Part shown: positions 60,563 to 64,000 of the stretch, piece by piece
Layout: each line of letters begins with the position of its first letter
How positions within the stretch are numbered: the first letter of the stretch is position 1
Assembly (NCBI GenBank): GCA_963828255.1
Contig: CAWHDZ010000040.1
Location: 1-64,000, forward strand
DNA length: 64,000 nucleotides
Origin: an uncultured delta proteobacterium
GTDB taxonomy: Bacteria; Myxococcota; Myxococcia; Myxococcales; Anaeromyxobacteraceae
Direction: 5' to 3'
Position numbers and translations under genes: made by a program
Notes under the pieces: generated by a model
Databases searched by the model: none
What the model was told of the DNA's origin: nothing
The model's input: the letters and a program-made list of their open reading frames with translations, nothing else

Positions 60563-61348
60563 ATGCCCAGGAGGCCGGTCGTCACCTTCCTCTCCGACTT
60601 CGGGGCCGGGTCGGGCTACCCGGCCCAGATGAAGGGGGAGGTGCTGCGCCTCCTCCCCGACGCCACGCTGGTGGATCTCTCCCACGAGGTCCCTCCCTTC
60701 GACGTCCTGGCCGGGGCGCTCCTCCTCGAGGCCTGCGTGCCGCGGTTCCCCGAGGGGTCGGTGCACGTGGCGGTGGTGGACCCGGGCGTGGGGACCTCCC
60801 GCCGTCCCCTCTGCGTGGTGGACGGGGCGGGGCGACGCCTGGTGGGACCGGACAACGGGCTCCTCACGCCGTTCCTCGGGGCGGGCTCGGCCGCCTTCCT
60901 GCTCTCCGACCCGGAGCTCGTCCCCCGGGATCCGAGCCCGACCTTCCACGGCCGCGATCTCTTCGCGCCGGTGGCGGCGTGGCTGGCGGGGGGCGGGGAC
61001 CCGGCGCGGCTCGGGCCGCGGGTCGCCGATCCGAGGAGGATGGACGGGCTCCGGGCCGCGCCTGGGCCCGGCGGGCTCGAGGGGACGTGCCTCGCCGCCG
61101 ACCCGTTCGGGAACCTGGTCACGAGCGTCCGCCGCTCCGACCTGGGCGCGGCGTCGGTCGCCGGCGTGACGGTGGCCGGACGCCCCGCCCGGCTCGTCGC
61201 GACGTTCGGGGAGGGTGATCCCGGCGAGCTCCTCGCGCTCTGGGGGAGCGGGGGCAGGCTCGAGATCGCCCTGCGCGAGGGGAGCGCGGCGAAGGACCTC
61301 GCGAGCTGGCGGGGCGCCCCGGTGCGGGTCGCGACCCTGCCGTCCTAG
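60563..61348 (+). CDS. SAM hydrolase / halogenase family (DUF62)
   Basis: SDFG, VVDPGVG, PDNG, TFHGRDLFAP, DPFGN. Confidence 0.9.
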   Translation: MPRRPVVTFLSDFGAGSGYPAQMKGEVLRLLPDATLVDLSHEVPPFDVLAGALLLEACVPRFPEGSVHVAVVDPGVGTSRRPLCVVDGAGRRLVGPDNGLLTPFLGAGSAAFLLSDPELVPRDPSPTFHGRDLFAPVAAWLAGGGDPARLGPRVADPRRMDGLRAAPGPGGLEGTCLAADPFGNLVTSVRRSDLGAASVAGVTVAGRPARLVATFGEGDPGELLALWGSGGRLEIALREGSAAKDLASWRGAPVRVATLPS

Positions 61349-61932
61349 TCGATGAGCCCCTGGTCCTTGGCCATCCTGGCCAGACGGACCTTGAGCCGCT
61401 CGAAGCGCTTCATCAGCGCGGCCGTCTCGACCTTCTCCCCGCCCCCGGAGGCGAGCACCTCGGAGATCTCCACCCAGGAGAGCTTCTGGTCCACCCGCAG
61501 CGCGAGGAGCGAAACGTCCTCGACGTCGAGGGACTCGCGCAGGGTGTCGAGCACCTGCCGCTGTCGCTCCACCTTGACGTGGGACCGGGTGCGGATCTCC
61601 TCGGCCAGCGCCGATGCCTCCCCGGTGAAGAAGCGCCGCGCGCGCCTCCGCCAGGCCTCGTTGCGCAGGTTGATGGCGGCGTTGTAGGCCAGGCGGAAGC
61701 TCCAGGCCTTGAGCGAGCCCTCGCCGCGCCAGGTGGCGAGCCCTCGCCAGACGTTCTCCGCGAAGATCGAGAAGGCGTCGCTGGCGTCGTCCTCGTTGCG
61801 CAGCATGGAGCGGAGGTAGCGCAGGACCGGCGGGCCGAACTCCTGGATGGCCGCGGTGGCCGCCCCGGGCCGGTCGCCGGACGCGATGAGCGCCCCGATG
61901 CGCGCCTCGATGTCCGTCCCGGGTCCGGTCAC
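61345..61932 (-). CDS. ECF-type sigma factor coupled to a Ser/Thr kinase
   Basis: Region 2 WRGEGSLKAWSFRLAYN; region 4 LRVDQKLSWVEISEVL; GTG overlaps the kinase stop. Confidence 0.8.
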   Translation of the reverse strand: MTGPGTDIEARIGALIASGDRPGAATAAIQEFGPPVLRYLRSMLRNEDDASDAFSIFAENVWRGLATWRGEGSLKAWSFRLAYNAAINLRNEAWRRRARRFFTGEASALAEEIRTRSHVKVERQRQVLDTLRESLDVEDVSLLALRVDQKLSWVEISEVLASGGGEKVETAALMKRFERLKVRLARMAKDQGLID

Positions 61933-64000
61933 GGCGGCAGGTTCATGCGGGAGAGGAGGGCGGCGTAGCGGGGGGCGCCGCGCAGGGAGCGCAGGAGGGG
62001 ATCGCCCTTCACCTCGAGTGCAAGCCCGCTGTCCCGGTGCTCGAAGGCCCGCTCCAGCCAGCCCATGGCGAGGTCGGTCTCGCCGCGCCAGGCGTGGACC
62101 TCGGCGATCTGGAAGGCCGCGCCGTGCTCGTGGGTCCGGATGAGCTCCTGCAGTGCCGCCCGGGATTCCGGTTCGCGCCCCAGGTCGTGGTAGGCCAGGG
62201 CGGCGCCCATGGTGCGCCAGAGGGGCTCGGTATTGCGCTGGGACGCGGCCAGGGCCTCGGCCGGCTTGCCCGCGAGCAGGTTCATCACCGACAGGTGGCG
62301 GAGCGCCAGCCGGTTGTCGGGGTCGATCTCCAGCGCCCGGGCGAGCGCCTTTCCGGCGGCCGGCAGGTCCCCGTTCATCATCTGGAGGAGCGCCATGTCG
62401 GTCCAGGCGTATACGTAGAGGGGATCCCGGTCGGCGACCGTCCGGAGCGCGGCCACTCCCTCGGGGATGCGGCCGTTGGCCCCCAGGTACCAGGTCCCGT
62501 AGCGGCGCAGGGTGTCGGTCTGGCGCGGATTGAGCTCGAGGGCGCGCTCGAAGTCGGACTTCACGCCCGGCCAGTCCCAGAGGATCCCGGCGCGGACGAA
62601 GCCGCGCGCCCCGTAGCCGTCGGGAAGGTCGGGAGCCAGCGAGACGGCCCGATCGGCGGCCTCGACGGCGCGGCGCTTGAACTCGGCGACCTCGGCCGCG
62701 GACTCCCGGTAGTCGGCCGAGGCCGCCAGCGCCACCGCCAGCCCGGCCCAGGCGGGCGCGAATCCCGGGTCGGCGGCGATGGACTTCTCGTACGCCGAGA
62801 TGGCGCCGCGGAAGCCGTCGCTGGATCCGCGGCTGTAGTAGAGCTGGCGCCCCAGGAGCAGCTTCTCGTAGGCCTCCGGGACCGAGGTCCTCCGCTCGGG
62901 CTGGGCAGCCGACCGTCCGGGCGCGAGCTTCACCCGCAGTGCCTGGGCCACGGCGCGCGCGATCTCGTCCTGGATCGCGAAGACGTCGGTCGCCTCCCGG
63001 TCGAAGGTCTGCGACCAGAGCTGGTACCCGTCCTTCACGCCGACCAGCTGTGCGGAGACCCGCATGCGCGGTCCCGACTGCCGGACGCTGCCGTCGAGGA
63101 CGGCGTCCACGCGGAGATCCTGGCCGATCCGGGAGAGCGGCACGTTCCCGCCCCGGAAGGTGAAGGAGGAGGTACGGCCGGCCACGCGGAGGCCGTCCAC
63201 CTGGACGAGCGCGTTCAGGATCTCCTCGGCAAGGCCGTCGGCGAAGTGCCCCTGGTCCTTCCCGGACGAGAGGTCGGTGAAGGGGAGGACGGCCACCGCC
63301 GGCACGCTTCCGGCCGGCTGGAACCAGTCCTGCCCGGGGGACTGGTCACGCCGGAGGAACCAGGCGCCGAAGGCGACCAGCGCGGCGACCGCCAGCGCTC
63401 CCGCAGCGATCCAGGCGCCCCTGCGCGCAGACCTCGGGCGGGGAGGGGGAAGGGAGCCGGAGCCTCCCGAGCCCTCGACCTGCCGGAGGACGGGGGTCAG
63501 CGCGGCCGCGACCTCGGCGGCGTCCCGGTACCTGTGCACCGGATCCTTGGCCAGCATCCGGGCCACCACCGCGGAGAGCTCGGGCGCCTCCGGCGCCTCC
63601 AGCGCCCGGGCCGGGCGGCTTCCCATGGCGGAGCGCCCCTCGTCGTCCGGGAAGGGCGGCTCGCCGGTCAGCATCCTGTAGAGCATCACCCCGAGTGCAA
63701 ACACGTCGGTCCGCTCGTCCTCCGGCGCCCCCCGCCACTGCTCGGGCGCCATGTAGGCCGGCGTTCCGCCGTCCACCTTCCGGCGCCCGAAGGCCTGCGC
63801 CATGCCCAGGTCGAGCAGCTTCACGTGGCCGTCGTCGCAGAGGAAGACGTTTCCGGCCGAGAGGTCGCGGTGGACGATCCCGCGCGCGTGGGCATGGGAG
63901 AGGCCGCGCGCCACCTCGACCGCGATCCGCAGGGCCTCGGCGAGCGGCACGGGGCGCGTGGAAAGGCGCTGCGAGAGCGTCTCCCCGTGGAGGAGCTCGA
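61929..64000 (-). CDS. Ser/Thr protein kinase with TM helix, TolB-like and TPR domains (5' end outside the window)
   Basis: HRDLSAGN, VKLLDLG, GTPAYMAPE, DVFALG; VAVLPFTDLS; TPR-like repeats. Confidence 0.88.
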   Translation of the reverse strand, partial: ELLHGETLSQRLSTRPVPLAEALRIAVEVARGLSHAHARGIVHRDLSAGNVFLCDDGHVKLLDLGMAQAFGRRKVDGGTPAYMAPEQWRGAPEDERTDVFALGVMLYRMLTGEPPFPDDEGRSAMGSRPARALEAPEAPELSAVVARMLAKDPVHRYRDAAEVAAALTPVLRQVEGSGGSGSLPPPRPRSARRGAWIAAGALAVAALVAFGAWFLRRDQSPGQDWFQPAGSVPAVAVLPFTDLSSGKDQGHFADGLAEEILNALVQVDGLRVAGRTSSFTFRGGNVPLSRIGQDLRVDAVLDGSVRQSGPRMRVSAQLVGVKDGYQLWSQTFDREATDVFAIQDEIARAVAQALRVKLAPGRSAAQPERRTSVPEAYEKLLLGRQLYYSRGSSDGFRGAISAYEKSIAADPGFAPAWAGLAVALAASADYRESAAEVAEFKRRAVEAADRAVSLAPDLPDGYGARGFVRAGILWDWPGVKSDFERALELNPRQTDTLRRYGTWYLGANGRIPEGVAALRTVADRDPLYVYAWTDMALLQMMNGDLPAAGKALARALEIDPDNRLALRHLSVMNLLAGKPAEALAASQRNTEPLWRTMGAALAYHDLGREPESRAALQELIRTHEHGAAFQIAEVHAWRGETDLAMGWLERAFEHRDSGLALEVKGDPLLRSLRGAPRYAALLSRMNLPP

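Noticed and set aside
60563..61348. DUF62 gene as a fluorinase/chlorinase of a natural-product cluster
   Set aside because: No biosynthetic context; SAM hydrolase is the more common function

Overview
High-GC bacterial core-genome window. Gene content (romR next to valS, frzS-like regulator with an ECF/anti-sigma pair, Ser/Thr kinase, Cys-rich lipoprotein) points to Myxococcota, probably Anaeromyxobacter-like (inference). It holds about 57 CDSs: purL/purQ, moeA, rnr, a liv-type ABC transporter with a porin, mutS2, namZ, nadD, a Clp ATPase, a diguanylate cyclase-cheW-romR-valS-nadC-birA-coaX-murJ block, coaBC, UDG, nfeD/SPFH and thiolase-scoAB. No rRNA, complete tRNA, CRISPR array or mobile element is supported. 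Main finding: the B12-binding radical SAM gene at 11742-13157 (-) appears to be a selenoprotein. Its apparent TGA stop reads through as C-U-A-E-P and is followed by a SECIS-like hairpin. It lies downstream of an XRE regulator and yggX and converges on an orphan ATP-grasp ligase attached to purL-purQ. Other findings: two apparent frameshifts (anti-sigma factor, CPBP protease), a recurrent TAnnnT-6/7 nt-start pattern suggesting leaderless mRNAs, a kinase-coupled ECF sigma with Ser in the DAED motif, coding tandem repeats in frzS and valS, and a structured leader at the left end. All product calls come from motif recognition by eye; no searches were run.
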